The translations under genes were made by a program, and so were the position numbers. This document shows positions 27,873 through 37,419 of a DNA stretch of 64,000 nt, one piece after another (the stretch's first letter is position 1; each line of letters opens with the position of its first letter). Origin of the DNA: a virus (lineage: Duplodnaviria > Caudoviricetes); the IMG/VR virus record IMGVR_UViG_3300027891_000004, positions 64,001 through 128,000 of that record; one strand, 5' to 3'. The notes under the pieces were generated by a model that was given only the letters and a program-made list of their open reading frames with translations, searched no databases and was not told where the DNA came from.

Positions 27873-29024
27873 CTAAATAACGGGCTTCGGCGCAGACAAT
27901 CTCGCGTGCAAGATACCTGCCCTTCCGTAAAAGTCCGATTTAAGACGAGGCAACAAAATGCAGATTACCTTGAAGTGGATTTCAAATCCTCCTTCTGTTT
28001 GCCACTGGACGGTGGTGATATCCATACCGGTAACGGCTTGGATGGTATTCTGGTCGAGTTCGATCATGACGAAAGTTCCGTAGGGTAGGAACTCGGAGCA
28101 ATTGATCGACTTGATTTCTTTGATCTTTTCCAACCGTTCTCGGAGCGTAATAGTGCTCGTTTGCCCGGCGGTATGATCGTTATAATCATCGTCGAGGATT
28201 TGGTCAAAATCGGGGCTATGGTAGATAGCGAACGGTCCGTAGTGCCGGATGTCGTGCAGGTTCCGTCGAGCGTCGAGGATTTGCCTGTAGAGGATAGCTG
28301 GCGACCAATCGGGATCGCGTGATCCATCGACCCTTGCCCAGTTGGTAAAGACTTTTGTAAGTCTTTGCGGGTAGTTGCACACGCCGTAGACGTTTCCGCC
28401 TCCGAACTGGAAATCGGGTTCGACGCCGAGCGCGAGTCTTTCGACTTTTTCGGCGACCATCCGGGACGCCATACCTGCGGTGGTTACGTCGATGGGCATA
28501 TTGGAGTTCCGGGAGACGGCGATTTGCCGTGCGCTGAAGCTGAAATCCTTGTGGATGATCGGCAACGGCATCTGATCCATGTCGTACATGGGCCGGTCCG
28601 CGTCCCCTTTGCGAAGCCCGTCCATACTGACGGTTGCGCCGGTGATATTGGATTGCCGTTCGTACTGCCACACGGTTTTCCCTAGCGCGTTTGGCAGGTT
28701 GACGTTAAGCCCGGCGGCTCGTAGGTCGTTGAAGAACCGGAGTCGTGGCATTGCTGCGGCGACGACGGTTTCGTCGATCATAACCCAGTCATCCTTTCGG
28801 AGCGTAGCTGCGTTTGTGGTCTGCACGTTTTTGAGAACGGGCTTCCCGTCTTTCCAACCGATTTGTTGCGAGATGAGCGAGGTATGCCCGTCATCGTGCA
28901 GGAACGGTCGGATGCAGCGGGGGTCGAAGTTGTAGGTAAGCAACCGGGTGGCAACGTCGCCGGACCCGCCGATTAGACTTGCGCCGTTCGTAATAGAAAC
29001 GGGCATCGCGTTCAGATTTTGCAT
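27873..29024 (-). CDS. Major capsid protein (HK97 fold, linocin/encapsulin-like family)
   Basis: NAATLRKDDW..IDETVV, PLPIIHKDFSFSARQI, YGPFAIY, ITTVQWQTEGG...FKV, GILH; 383 aa with AAGGA RBS and terminator. Confidence 0.9.
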   Translation of the reverse strand: MQNLNAMPVSITNGASLIGGSGDVATRLLTYNFDPRCIRPFLHDDGHTSLISQQIGWKDGKPVLKNVQTTNAATLRKDDWVMIDETVVAAAMPRLRFFNDLRAAGLNVNLPNALGKTVWQYERQSNITGATVSMDGLRKGDADRPMYDMDQMPLPIIHKDFSFSARQIAVSRNSNMPIDVTTAGMASRMVAEKVERLALGVEPDFQFGGGNVYGVCNYPQRLTKVFTNWARVDGSRDPDWSPAILYRQILDARRNLHDIRHYGPFAIYHSPDFDQILDDDYNDHTAGQTSTITLRERLEKIKEIKSINCSEFLPYGTFVMIELDQNTIQAVTGMDITTVQWQTEGGFEIHFKVICILLPRLKSDFYGRAGILHARLSAPKPVI

Positions 29025-29205
29025 TGTTTATTCCTTTCGTAAAAGGAGTTATTGGCACCCGTACAAGATGCCCGTTTTTTCTATTCCGCACCCGGAAACA
29101 TAGGGTTGGCGTGCGCCAACAGCGTATTAGTGAAACAGGTCTTGATTCCCCGTTAAAACTTTTGTAAAATGGGTTGGTTATTACCCTTAAACTTTTTTCA
29201 AACTA

Positions 29206-29424
29206 GTGGCAATGTACGAAACGATTATTTGCGAGCAGGCCAAAAAAATACTAGAGTATATGGCTCTTGAATCATTAGTGGTTTATTGTTGTGGTCATCC
29301 TGACAGGCTGTACACGGAACTACGTCATTTGGACAACTTGTCGGGTTGCAACCGTCATATTGACGATTACGACATCCCGCAATTGATCGCGGCGTTCAAA
29401 CGAACGGTACGTTCAAGTGCGTAA
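29206..29424 (+). CDS. Small hypothetical protein convergent with 29367
   Basis: ORF only; overlapping convergent arrangement like other cassettes. Confidence 0.35.
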   Translation: MAMYETIICEQAKKILEYMALESLVVYCCGHPDRLYTELRHLDNLSGCNRHIDDYDIPQLIAAFKRTVRSSA

Positions 29425-29621
29425 CTGGCCTGATCGTTGTACAAATCCAATGTTTGTTTGAATTCTTGTTGCAACCTTTCGGCTGCTTGGTACAATTCTT
29501 CGTGGGACAATTCTTTCCCTTTTAGGTCGTCGATTTTCTGTTTGTAATCGTCGAGGAGCGGGATCATCTCGCCCGCGTAATACGGTTGTACGTATTCAAA
29601 AACTGGAGTAGTTGCGGGCAT
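29367..29621 (-). CDS. Small helical hypothetical protein
   Basis: ORF with plausible composition. Confidence 0.5.
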   Translation of the reverse strand: MPATTPVFEYVQPYYAGEMIPLLDDYKQKIDDLKGKELSHEELYQAAERLQQEFKQTLDLYNDQASYALERTVRLNAAINCGMS

Positions 29622-29751
29622 GGGTTTGTTTTCTTGTCGTATACACCAGTTTTTGCGGCATATTTGATAGTAGCCTTTTCCTGCCTGTTTCCCGATTCGA
29701 TTTTTGGTAGAATCAAACGTTGTTTTATTGATTTTCTATTTTGTTTTTCCG

Positions 29752-30117
29752 ATGCGTCCTAAAATACACGAGGCGATGTTTCCCGAAAAAAAACCGGAAA
29801 GGACCGGTCCACGCCGGACACAATCGGAAATCGAGTTTTATAGGCAGCGGCACATGCCCGACAGTATCAAACGCGATATTTCGCATATTGGTTTGATTGA
29901 CAAAGCATTAGTTGATATTAAGCAGGGGACATTCGAGTACCCTGAAAAAAAGTTGTTCGACGACCGCTACAAAACAATTGATTATCTATTTGGACAACTA
30001 TTGGATTTCGATTCTGAACCGCATGGCCATCCCGAATTCGCAGACTACATGGAGTACCTTGAAACGCCCGGATGGACTCCTTACCGACGCCCAAAAAGGA
30101 AACGCAACAAAAAGTGA
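29752..30117 (+). CDS. Convergent partner of leader gene 30119
   Basis: Stop abuts the stop of 30119; GGCATATT motif upstream. Confidence 0.55.
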   Translation: MRPKIHEAMFPEKKPERTGPRRTQSEIEFYRQRHMPDSIKRDISHIGLIDKALVDIKQGTFEYPEKKLFDDRYKTIDYLFGQLLDFDSEPHGHPEFADYMEYLETPGWTPYRRPKRKRNKK

Positions 30118-30118
30118 A

Positions 30119-30550
30119 CTATTCTTGTATTTCTCTTTTTTTATGGCCTTTTGATTTTTCTTTAGCACCGTACCAAAGTGGCGGTCCGTATGTTAGCGCA
30201 TCTTCAAACGTATCCTCATAGCCCATTTTGTTGCCATCCAAATCTCTTCCCAACGCGATGCGCCCGAGTGCTTCTCCTTGTTTTTGTATATTTCTTTCTA
30301 CGCCTTCCTCTATTTTCTTTTGCAATTCTGCGTTTACATCCTGTGCTTTCGCAAGCAATTTGGTTCTTTCTTTTTGGCTTGTTTCTCTATTAGCCGCCTC
30401 GGACAAACCTTCATATTTTCGTTCTAAAGGCTGTTCGCTTTGCGACCCGAAATTATCTGCGAACACGCTCATGGGCGACCGCGTGGCCATTTGTTGGTTA
30501 GCTGTCGCCTGTAAATTTTCAAAAACTGAAATATCTGCGAGTTTTTGCAT
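30119..30550 (-). CDS. Leader-family protein
   Basis: MQKLADISVFENLQATANQQMATRSPMSVFADN. Confidence 0.8.
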   Translation of the reverse strand: MQKLADISVFENLQATANQQMATRSPMSVFADNFGSQSEQPLERKYEGLSEAANRETSQKERTKLLAKAQDVNAELQKKIEEGVERNIQKQGEALGRIALGRDLDGNKMGYEDTFEDALTYGPPLWYGAKEKSKGHKKREIQE

Positions 30551-30562
30551 CGTTTATTTCGA

Positions 30563-30970
30563 TCAAATCTGGCATTGGATCACGACCCTTTCGGACATGA
30601 AATCTGGCGGGTACTGTTTCTGTTCCCAACCGAGTTCTGCTATTGTCGATTGTGATACGATCCGTTTTGCGTTTTTCAACAAATTCGGATTTGCCTTTTC
30701 ATCGGGCGTTAGCCCCTGTAGCGTCTCTTCGGTTCCCAGCATCACGAAACTCCCGACGACGAGCACGCGGTCGGGGAACACCGTGTTTTGTTTTGCGTTT
30801 GTTTGTACGGTGTCGTCTTTTTGTATCTCTTCGGTTACGGTATCCCACCGGCATTTGATAACGACCGGTTCGGTGAATATATCCTCGAACTGTTCGTCAA
30901 CGCCGGTAAGTTTCCAATAGATACAATCGTCGGTCAGTGTAAGGTAATAAACAAACATCACAATCAACAA
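30563..30970 (-). CDS. Head closure / head-tail joining protein
   Basis: CIYW...D...FTEPVVIKCRWD pattern typical of stopper proteins. Confidence 0.6.
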   Translation of the reverse strand: MLIVMFVYYLTLTDDCIYWKLTGVDEQFEDIFTEPVVIKCRWDTVTEEIQKDDTVQTNAKQNTVFPDRVLVVGSFVMLGTEETLQGLTPDEKANPNLLKNAKRIVSQSTIAELGWEQKQYPPDFMSERVVIQCQI

Positions 30971-30993
30971 CTGCGCCGCTACTTTCTAATTCC

Positions 30994-31266
30994 CTACTTG
31001 AAATACAAATGGTCCTTACGGCTATCTTCGGACACGGTGTACAACCCGTTATCCTCGATCAATTCGTCTTGTCTCTTGGCCAGCGCGTTATAGTCGGGCC
31101 ACCGGGTCGATTCTCGCAACGCGCCCGAAACGGCGTCCAGTTCGCATAAACTACACGAATCGCCCTTGTTTGCGTTGTATACATCCTGGAAGGAACTCAT
31201 GGCATTTACACTGGTCCCTCCCACGAACGTATCGAAAAAATTAGTAATTGGTTGTCTATCGTTCAT
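30994..31266 (-). CDS. Divergent leader-family protein
   Basis: ITNFFDTFVGGTSVNAMSSFQDVYN. Confidence 0.55.
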   Translation of the reverse strand: MNDRQPITNFFDTFVGGTSVNAMSSFQDVYNANKGDSCSLCELDAVSGALRESTRWPDYNALAKRQDELIEDNGLYTVSEDSRKDHLYFK

Positions 31267-31277
31267 GGCTTTACTTG

Positions 31278-32690
31278 TTAGGTCCAGTTAATCATTGCCG
31301 GGTCCAGGTTAAGGAAATCAATCGCGTCCACTTCTGTCCACGTTTGTGGAGAACCCGGTGTGAATTTCCCTCCGGGGTAGAACTGGATATACCCGTAGGT
31401 ACAGGTCCCTTCTTTGCCCGTTTCTGCACTTTTTGGGAATGCGTTGTATTCCATATTACAGGTGAAAGAGATAGGAGCGGTACTTGCCGTATCCACATTC
31501 AAACCGCCGAAAGAACCAAGAAACATTTTCTTAAACTGCCAATAGGCTTTCTGTACCTGGCACGCATAGAATACAGCCTCTCGGTAATCTTCCTCAAGAG
31601 CGTAATGCTCTCTTAATATAGGGTCGCCATCATGGGCCACTTGATCGGTTGAGGAACCGTAGCCTATTACTTTTTCAAGCGTATTAAGATTTCCGCCTTC
31701 TTTGCGTATTAAAGTACCGTGCACAATATCGCCACCGCCAATATAGATACGTGTAAAACGATCTACGCCCGGTAAATGGTTCGTTAGGAACTCATTAAAA
31801 TTACTGCCGTGTACGGTAGTTGCGATAGTGCAGTTTGTCGGCCCCACAACTCCGGATTGCCACCCGCCTGCGGCAGCCGAACACGAGTTTGCAAACGTAG
31901 CGATATCGGTAGAAAACGTGATATTTGCGGTTTGTAAACAAGTGCGAATCATCGAGTCCAGTAATGACGCCGATCCCCCCGCTTCTTCCGGCGATTTTTC
32001 GGATATAATCAACGCGCAATTCTTAGATGGCATGAGCAGATCGCACGGCGGCGTTGTCAAATCCCAAAAACCGGCACCCGGCGGGGAACCTGGAACCACG
32101 GGGTCATTGAACGTATTATCCATCGCATCTGTAGCCTCAAACGGGACCAGTTCATCCCCATCCAACTGATAATCAGATTGCCAACCCACGGACCAACTGA
32201 TAGGTGTGGTCCCTTCGTAGCTGATATTGATAGCCACGTTATTGGCAAGCGCAGCGATCCTATAGACAGTACCGAGCCTACTGCCTACCTGGCTGTTGTT
32301 AGGCCCCACGTAGCCAAAGAATCGGAACCGTTGTCCGGGCGCAATCGGCGGTAAGCCGCCCAGCCCGTTGATAGTCCCGGTCGCCGAATGTAGACCTTTT
32401 ACTTTTCCGGCGTAGCCTCGTGTATTGGACGCTTGGTACGATATGGTATTGATCGTATTTTCCAACGACCAACTGGTCATAGAAGACACCATCGTTCGCT
32501 TTATAGGACTGCCTTGACTGCTGGCGTCCACACCAGTCGGCCATGTTAAAAGCAACTCGGCACCTTTCTCCCAAAACGCGGGTTCATTAGCTATAGGTTC
32601 CCAGGGGTTAGTCTTGTCCTGGTACCCATTCGAATCAAAACGCGGCAACGCTCTTTGCACGGCTCCGTAACGACCTGAAATAACTGCCAT
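31278..32690 (-). CDS. Probable major tail (tube) protein, possibly two tube-like domains
   Basis: MAVISGRYGAV start; SWSLE...YQASNTRGY and a second ANITFST...NSCS..GGWQSGVVG; beta-rich; GGAG RBS. Confidence 0.6.
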   Translation of the reverse strand: MAVISGRYGAVQRALPRFDSNGYQDKTNPWEPIANEPAFWEKGAELLLTWPTGVDASSQGSPIKRTMVSSMTSWSLENTINTISYQASNTRGYAGKVKGLHSATGTINGLGGLPPIAPGQRFRFFGYVGPNNSQVGSRLGTVYRIAALANNVAINISYEGTTPISWSVGWQSDYQLDGDELVPFEATDAMDNTFNDPVVPGSPPGAGFWDLTTPPCDLLMPSKNCALIISEKSPEEAGGSASLLDSMIRTCLQTANITFSTDIATFANSCSAAAGGWQSGVVGPTNCTIATTVHGSNFNEFLTNHLPGVDRFTRIYIGGGDIVHGTLIRKEGGNLNTLEKVIGYGSSTDQVAHDGDPILREHYALEEDYREAVFYACQVQKAYWQFKKMFLGSFGGLNVDTASTAPISFTCNMEYNAFPKSAETGKEGTCTYGYIQFYPGGKFTPGSPQTWTEVDAIDFLNLDPAMINWT

Positions 32691-32737
32691 TTTATATTCT
32701 CCGATATTGTGTTTTTTGAAGTAGAAACGTAGCGCGT

Positions 32738-33046
32738 TTATTTCTGTTTTGCCTTATCTGCCTGACCGTCAGGTTGATCGCTCAGCGGGACGGGGTTGGT
32801 ACTTTGGGGTTCTGGCATAGGGGCAACGGGTTTCGGTTCCGTTTTAGGTTTTCTCGCCTTCAGCCACTTTTCCTTTGTGCTTTTGATGGATTCGCGTTGT
32901 TTTTCAAACAGCGGCCCAAACTCGGCCTTTAACTCCGCCGGAAGTTTATCGGGGCTTGAATACCAAACACCCCTAACGTAATAACAATCCGGAGGTAAGT
33001 TTGTGACCGGCGTTTGTTTACCTTCAAGATTAACCATTCGAGGCAT
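32738..33046 (-). CDS. Hypothetical protein
   Basis: GAGGAG RBS before MPRMVNL. Confidence 0.55.
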   Translation of the reverse strand: MPRMVNLEGKQTPVTNLPPDCYYVRGVWYSSPDKLPAELKAEFGPLFEKQRESIKSTKEKWLKARKPKTEPKPVAPMPEPQSTNPVPLSDQPDGQADKAKQK

Positions 33047-33102
33047 GATATTTGCTCCTCTGTTATAAGTTGCGTACCCGCAGCACATGTTTGTTAGTTG
33101 TT

Positions 33103-33627
33103 TTAGACGTCTTCGACCGGCAGGTCCCCGGCGGTTTCGGCTTCGCCTGCCGCCATCAAATCGCCCATAGGGGTACCGGCCAACGCCGGATCGGAAAAGT
33201 TACGGTCGGGCGGTGCGGACGCGGCTTCGGCGGCCATCTCGCGTGCCCGTTGGAACACGGCGTCGGACGCGATAACGCCTTCCAGATCGGTTTGAGCCGC
33301 TTCGGGCAGCGTAGAGAACACCTCGCGGTCAACGGAATCAAGCCCGCTCTGCTCGGTTTGTTCAACAATCTGCTGTCGCAACGTCAACAATTCGGTATCC
33401 GCCTTCTCCTTCGCTTCGAGCAAAGTGGAAAGCAGCGAAGAGGGCGCGTTTTCGCCGACGGTTTGAAGTTCCGATATAAACTTCTCGGTGAGTTCGGCGG
33501 CGCGTTTGGTACGCCCGTATTCCTGCAACAGCGGCGCGGCGTCCGAATTGAAAACGGACATGCAACTTTGACGTGCGGGCTGGCAGCCCAACGATTCAAA
33601 AAATGATATATCTGCGAGTTTCTGCAT
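33103..33627 (-). CDS. Leader-family protein, acidic helical cargo
   Basis: MQKLADISFFESLGCQPARQSCMSVFN; first gene behind repeated promoter copy 2. Confidence 0.8.
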   Translation of the reverse strand: MQKLADISFFESLGCQPARQSCMSVFNSDAAPLLQEYGRTKRAAELTEKFISELQTVGENAPSSLLSTLLEAKEKADTELLTLRQQIVEQTEQSGLDSVDREVFSTLPEAAQTDLEGVIASDAVFQRAREMAAEAASAPPDRNFSDPALAGTPMGDLMAAGEAETAGDLPVEDV

Positions 33628-33675
33628 GTTTGTTTTTTTGTAGTATGTCTTTACGGTTGTGCAAACATGGAGGCG

Positions 33676-33730
33676 TAGTATACCATATTTCAGCGAATTG
33701 TGTAAAAAACGCGCACTAGAGAATTTTTTT
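33676..33730 (-). promoter_or_regulatory. Repeated promoter, copy 2
   Basis: Same conserved boxes as 23326..23380. Confidence 0.75.
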
Positions 33731-33760
33731 TGTAAAAATCACAAATTGTGGTAGTTCGGA

Positions 33761-33780
33761 ATCCCGCCACGTGGCGGGAT
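33761..33780. repeat. Dispersed palindrome copy
   Basis: ATCCCGCCACGTGGCGGGAT between divergent genes. Confidence 0.9.
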
Positions 33781-33895
33781 CGGGGGCTAGTGAAGCCTAA
33801 TAAAATTGACGCGGGCACTTGAAATTTAACCGAAATTCCGGCATATTTAGAAGAAAGAAACGGCGATTATCCCATCACGTGTGAAAAATATAAGA

Positions 33896-34228
33896 ATGAC
33901 TACCGATTTTATAGAAACAGCGCTGAATACGAAGGCAATCTATAATTGCCACACACGCGCGGAGCAGCGTGAGATATGGCGACGAAAATTGCAAGAAGGC
34001 TTGAAAGACGAACAATGCGACGTTGGTCATTTGAAAAGTCATAACGAACGCACCGTTTTTTGGAAAGACACCATATCGCGATACAACAATTGGGAACTTA
34101 ATCAGGCAAGTCACAAAAGTGACTTAAAATTTTTATTCTTTTCGATGCACTACGTTGCCTATTTTGACGGGCTGCTTGGCGGCACGGGGATTGCAAAAGG
34201 GGCTATTGAAACGCAGACATATTACTGA
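33896..34228 (+). CDS. Convergent partner of type C leader gene 34203
   Basis: AEQREIWRRKLQEGL...FFSMHYVAYFDGLLGGTGI. Confidence 0.75.
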   Translation: MTTDFIETALNTKAIYNCHTRAEQREIWRRKLQEGLKDEQCDVGHLKSHNERTVFWKDTISRYNNWELNQASHKSDLKFLFFSMHYVAYFDGLLGGTGIAKGAIETQTYY

Positions 34229-34754
34229 GCGTTTTTCTTTCAATTGGTTCTTTTTTCATTGTGGATTTTATTTGCATCTCGAATTCATTGAGCTTGTCTT
34301 CTATAGCAAAGCAAGGAACCGCAAAACGGCCATCAGGATCGTTTCCTCGTATCTCTTTTACGCGGCCTCTAAGAGCATCGGCTCTACCCCTCATTTCACT
34401 ATTCGGCCAAAAATAATTACTCTCATGCTCTTGTAACAGTCTTTCATTGTATTTTCGCCAATAATCCTGCTTTTGGTTCTCGTCCCAACCGGCCCGTTGC
34501 GCAACCGCGTCTAATTCGGAGAACGCCGCTTTCTTTTCGGCCTCCATTTGACGGCGGGCTTTTCCGGCCTCGAAGAATAGCGCGTTTGCTTCGCGTTCTA
34601 TCTGTTTTATTTCCTGTTTTATTCTTGCGGTGCGCTCTTGTTTTTCCGCTTCGCTGTAGTCGTTGAAAACAGTCATTTCGCTTGGAATGTTCATTTGTGC
34701 GTGCGCACCACGTTGAAGCCCTTCAAAGACTCTTATGTCTGCTAATTTTTGCAT
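34203..34754 (-). CDS. Leader-family protein, cargo type C; start revised from 34823
   Basis: MQKLADIRVFEGLQRGAHAQM...MTVFN; close paralog of 62904; ends NMSAFQ. Confidence 0.85.
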   Translation of the reverse strand: MQKLADIRVFEGLQRGAHAQMNIPSEMTVFNDYSEAEKQERTARIKQEIKQIEREANALFFEAGKARRQMEAEKKAAFSELDAVAQRAGWDENQKQDYWRKYNERLLQEHESNYFWPNSEMRGRADALRGRVKEIRGNDPDGRFAVPCFAIEDKLNEFEMQIKSTMKKEPIERKTLSNMSAFQ

Positions 34755-34771
34755 GGCTTTCTCCTTTTTCG

Positions 34772-35230
34772 TTATGGCTCCGCCGGTTCTTCTACAATCA
34801 CAAAATCGTATTCGATGCTCCACACGTTGCGTCGGCCGCTTGCGTCGGTACCGTGATACTGGATATTTTGCGTCCGGGTCGCCTGCAAGACGCGGTAGAC
34901 AACCGCGTCTATTTCGGTCGTATACGTCCCGTTCGATATTTCGTCAAGGAACAGGGCGATTTCGCGGACCTTATCCGATGACTTATCATGCCCGACGCCC
35001 CTTACCAGTATTTGGAGATGCGGGTTGACCTGATAACTTGAATTGGCCTGCCACCTCCCGACACTTACGTCCTCCCGGTCAACCACGCCGACCATATTAT
35101 CGTTCGTCCCCGGTCCGTCGGGCACCCCGCCACGGACGCAGCCCCACATATCGGAGGGCGTGGCACTGCAAAAACCCTCTTGGATCAGGATATTGCGGAT
35201 AATTTTAGAACAATTGAGTAAAACAGACAT
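34772..35230 (-). CDS. Tail terminator / minor capsid-type neck protein
   Basis: PHLQILVRG...D..GRRNVWSIEY. Confidence 0.6.
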   Translation of the reverse strand: MSVLLNCSKIIRNILIQEGFCSATPSDMWGCVRGGVPDGPGTNDNMVGVVDREDVSVGRWQANSSYQVNPHLQILVRGVGHDKSSDKVREIALFLDEISNGTYTTEIDAVVYRVLQATRTQNIQYHGTDASGRRNVWSIEYDFVIVEEPAEP

Positions 35231-35314
35231 TTTGATATTGATTCAAACATTGAAAACTTTGTAAAATACGGCGCATTACTATGTGAAATAAAATCACCTA
35301 TTACTTTTAGCAAG

Positions 35315-35548
35315 ATGGACCAAAACAGACAAAGCGACCTTGAAAAACAGTTACTTGAGCAAGACTGTCGTTTTTCTGAACTGATAAAACACATGAAAAA
35401 ACCGGAGGTTATCCAAAAACTCAAAGAGTCAAAAACGTTACTCGACTTTTTCAAAACGGAAGAGGGTAAAACGTCAATAAGCATTTTAGACTGCATTACC
35501 CCGCCAGCGGAACGTAAACGTAGAAATATCTGCAAACATAATCAGTAA
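35315..35548 (+). CDS. Small protein convergent with 35542
   Basis: 7-bp stop overlap. Confidence 0.45.
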   Translation: MDQNRQSDLEKQLLEQDCRFSELIKHMKKPEVIQKLKESKTLLDFFKTEEGKTSISILDCITPPAERKRRNICKHNQ

Positions 35549-35841
35549 TCCTCGAAATAGAGTTCGCCCGCTTTTTCGGCGTAGCCCGGTATATCATCGC
35601 AATACTTGCGCTGCGTGGTCATAAACAGCTCTCGGCTTGCCTGTTCCTGCGGTTCGCTATCGTCCGTCTGGCATAGCTTATTGAACTCTATGGTCATACC
35701 CTCGGCGAGGGTATTGGTTAGCGTCGAAAGGTCGGCGAACAGTTCCGGCGGCAATTCGCCCCGGCTCTGCTGCTCAAAACCCCAGATCACGCTATTACCC
35801 AATTGGGAAAGGTCGGAAACATCATTGAAAATACTGTTCAT
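35542..35841 (-). CDS. Acidic protein with a weakly leader-like N-terminus
   Basis: MNSIFNDVSDLSQLG. Confidence 0.5.
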   Translation of the reverse strand: MNSIFNDVSDLSQLGNSVIWGFEQQSRGELPPELFADLSTLTNTLAEGMTIEFNKLCQTDDSEPQEQASRELFMTTQRKYCDDIPGYAEKAGELYFEDY

Positions 35842-36302
35842 AGTGCCATAAATTGAAAAGAGATTGGAATTGTATGACTCATTGTCTGTTTATCCCCGTC
35901 GAAATCCCACGACGCAACACCGGGAATACAAATAGCAGCCCGCTCAACTTCATCTACAGAGATAGGAATAGTCAGCCATTTGAACAGGTAAAGCAACCGC
36001 CACGCAATTTTGTTACGGAGCGAAGATCGTATATGGAACCCTTCCAAAACAACGTTATACGCCAGGACCAGTTCGCCGCCGCACGAAGATTGGCCCTCGT
36101 ATTGCGCCGATACGGGTATGACCGACAGTTTCGGTTTGTGCATTAGGGCGATAGGCGTCCCGGCGGGCACCAACCCGTCTATCGGTTCGTAATCGAACAC
36201 GACGCCCTCCAACAAAACGGACAATTGCGGATCGCCCTTTATCTTTTCGCATAGCCGAACGTAAACGTCGTTGTATAGACTATCGGTTTCTATTGGTCGC
36301 AT
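35838..36302 (-). CDS. Putative tail completion protein
   Basis: Size and alpha/beta pattern similar to tail terminators; no strong motif. Confidence 0.35.
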   Translation of the reverse strand: MRPIETDSLYNDVYVRLCEKIKGDPQLSVLLEGVVFDYEPIDGLVPAGTPIALMHKPKLSVIPVSAQYEGQSSCGGELVLAYNVVLEGFHIRSSLRNKIAWRLLYLFKWLTIPISVDEVERAAICIPGVASWDFDGDKQTMSHTIPISFQFMAL

Positions 36303-36571
36303 TGGTTATTACCGAGCAATTGTTGAAAATCATTCAAAAAACCGGTATACCGGTACCCGTACATAGATTGCGCAAAATCCCGAACGACATTTTCTACGTA
36401 CACGGTGTCCGAAGCGTTCTTAACGGCTTTGACAATATAATGGAAACTGTCTTTTCCGGGGTTGGCCTTGAAATTATGTAACGCCTTTGCTACTACGCGA
36501 TGGTCGCTTGCGAAAGCATTATCCTCGTTGAATACTCCGTTCAATTGGATCGGTTTTTTTTGTTCCCACAT
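36290..36571 (-). CDS. Hypothetical protein (weak GVFN motif near N-terminus)
   Basis: ORF coupled to its neighbours. Confidence 0.45.
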   Translation of the reverse strand: MWEQKKPIQLNGVFNEDNAFASDHRVVAKALHNFKANPGKDSFHYIVKAVKNASDTVYVENVVRDFAQSMYGYRYTGFLNDFQQLLGNNQCDQ

Positions 36572-36580
36572 AATTTTTGA

Positions 36581-37138
36581 TTAGTTCTTTTTGATGATAA
36601 CCAGTACTCGAGGTAAGACGACCAGAATGAGCTGGATGATGGAAATAATTTCGATCACGCCCATTTCGGCCTTTTCGCCCGCGTCCAGCGAGGCAACCGC
36701 CGTCCGGTCGGTGCTATCGAACGCGGGCGGCGATTCAAGCATTTGAAAATTGGGTCTTGCAAAAGGCAATATCTTACGGAGCCGCTTAATAAAGTTCGTT
36801 ATCCGGGGCCGTTGGATTTGAATGCGCCAATCATCGTGCATAATCTTCCAAGCGGCGTTGAAAATCTCGAAATCGGCCACGAACGCCTTCGCCGTCGTCC
36901 GCCATCCGTCTGCGTTGGAAGCCGCCGCGATTTCGCCAACCGATTCCAGATTGATAATGTCGAGCAGCGTTGCCTGCGCAATATACACGTCCGTGGTCGT
37001 AGTAAACCGTTCGTAATGTTCTGCATACCGGTCCGCGTCGTTGATCGTCGCCGCGATAGGGTTGCGGTACTTCCACGCAAACCCGAACGCGAGCCATACT
37101 CGCCAACCTATTTTCAAAATTTGTTTCCAAGTAGACAT
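36581..37138 (-). CDS. Membrane-associated hypothetical protein
   Basis: Amphipathic N-terminus and hydrophobic C-terminus GVIEIISIIQLILVVL. Confidence 0.55.
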   Translation of the reverse strand: MSTWKQILKIGWRVWLAFGFAWKYRNPIAATINDADRYAEHYERFTTTTDVYIAQATLLDIINLESVGEIAAASNADGWRTTAKAFVADFEIFNAAWKIMHDDWRIQIQRPRITNFIKRLRKILPFARPNFQMLESPPAFDSTDRTAVASLDAGEKAEMGVIEIISIIQLILVVLPRVLVIIKKN

Positions 37139-37207
37139 AATGTGATACTCCGCTCTTTGATTCTAAAACGATAGTTTAACATTTTACTAGCCGTTGCTCG
37201 CTTTCAA

Positions 37208-37227
37208 CCCACCCCTGAAGGGGTGGG
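37208..37227. mobile_element. IS200/IS605-type terminal hairpin remnant
   Basis: CCCACCCCTGAAGGGGTGGG followed by ATTTCCCGC; no transposase nearby. Confidence 0.5.
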
Positions 37228-37361
37228 ATTTCCCGCTCGTTTCTCTTAAGCGAAAGAACTGTAACCACGTTGCATCGCGGCAGGTGAGCAATGCGCAAGC
37301 AACGGGCTACAGTTTTGGGGTTGCCAATAAAAAAACGCCACGAAAGAAACTTCGGGACGTT

Positions 37362-37417
37362 TAGTATACCAAATTTTCATATAAGTTGTAAAAAACGCGC
37401 ACTAGAGAATTTTTTTT
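37362..37417 (-). promoter_or_regulatory. Repeated promoter, copy 3
   Basis: Same conserved boxes as 23326..23380. Confidence 0.75.
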
Positions 37418-37419
37418 TG

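Noticed and set aside
27873-29024. Encapsulin/linocin nanocompartment with cargo-loading peptides
   Set aside because: Portal, protease, neck, tail and tape measure genes are present, so this is a phage capsid. The cargo-loading analogy remains only as an analogy for the leader system.
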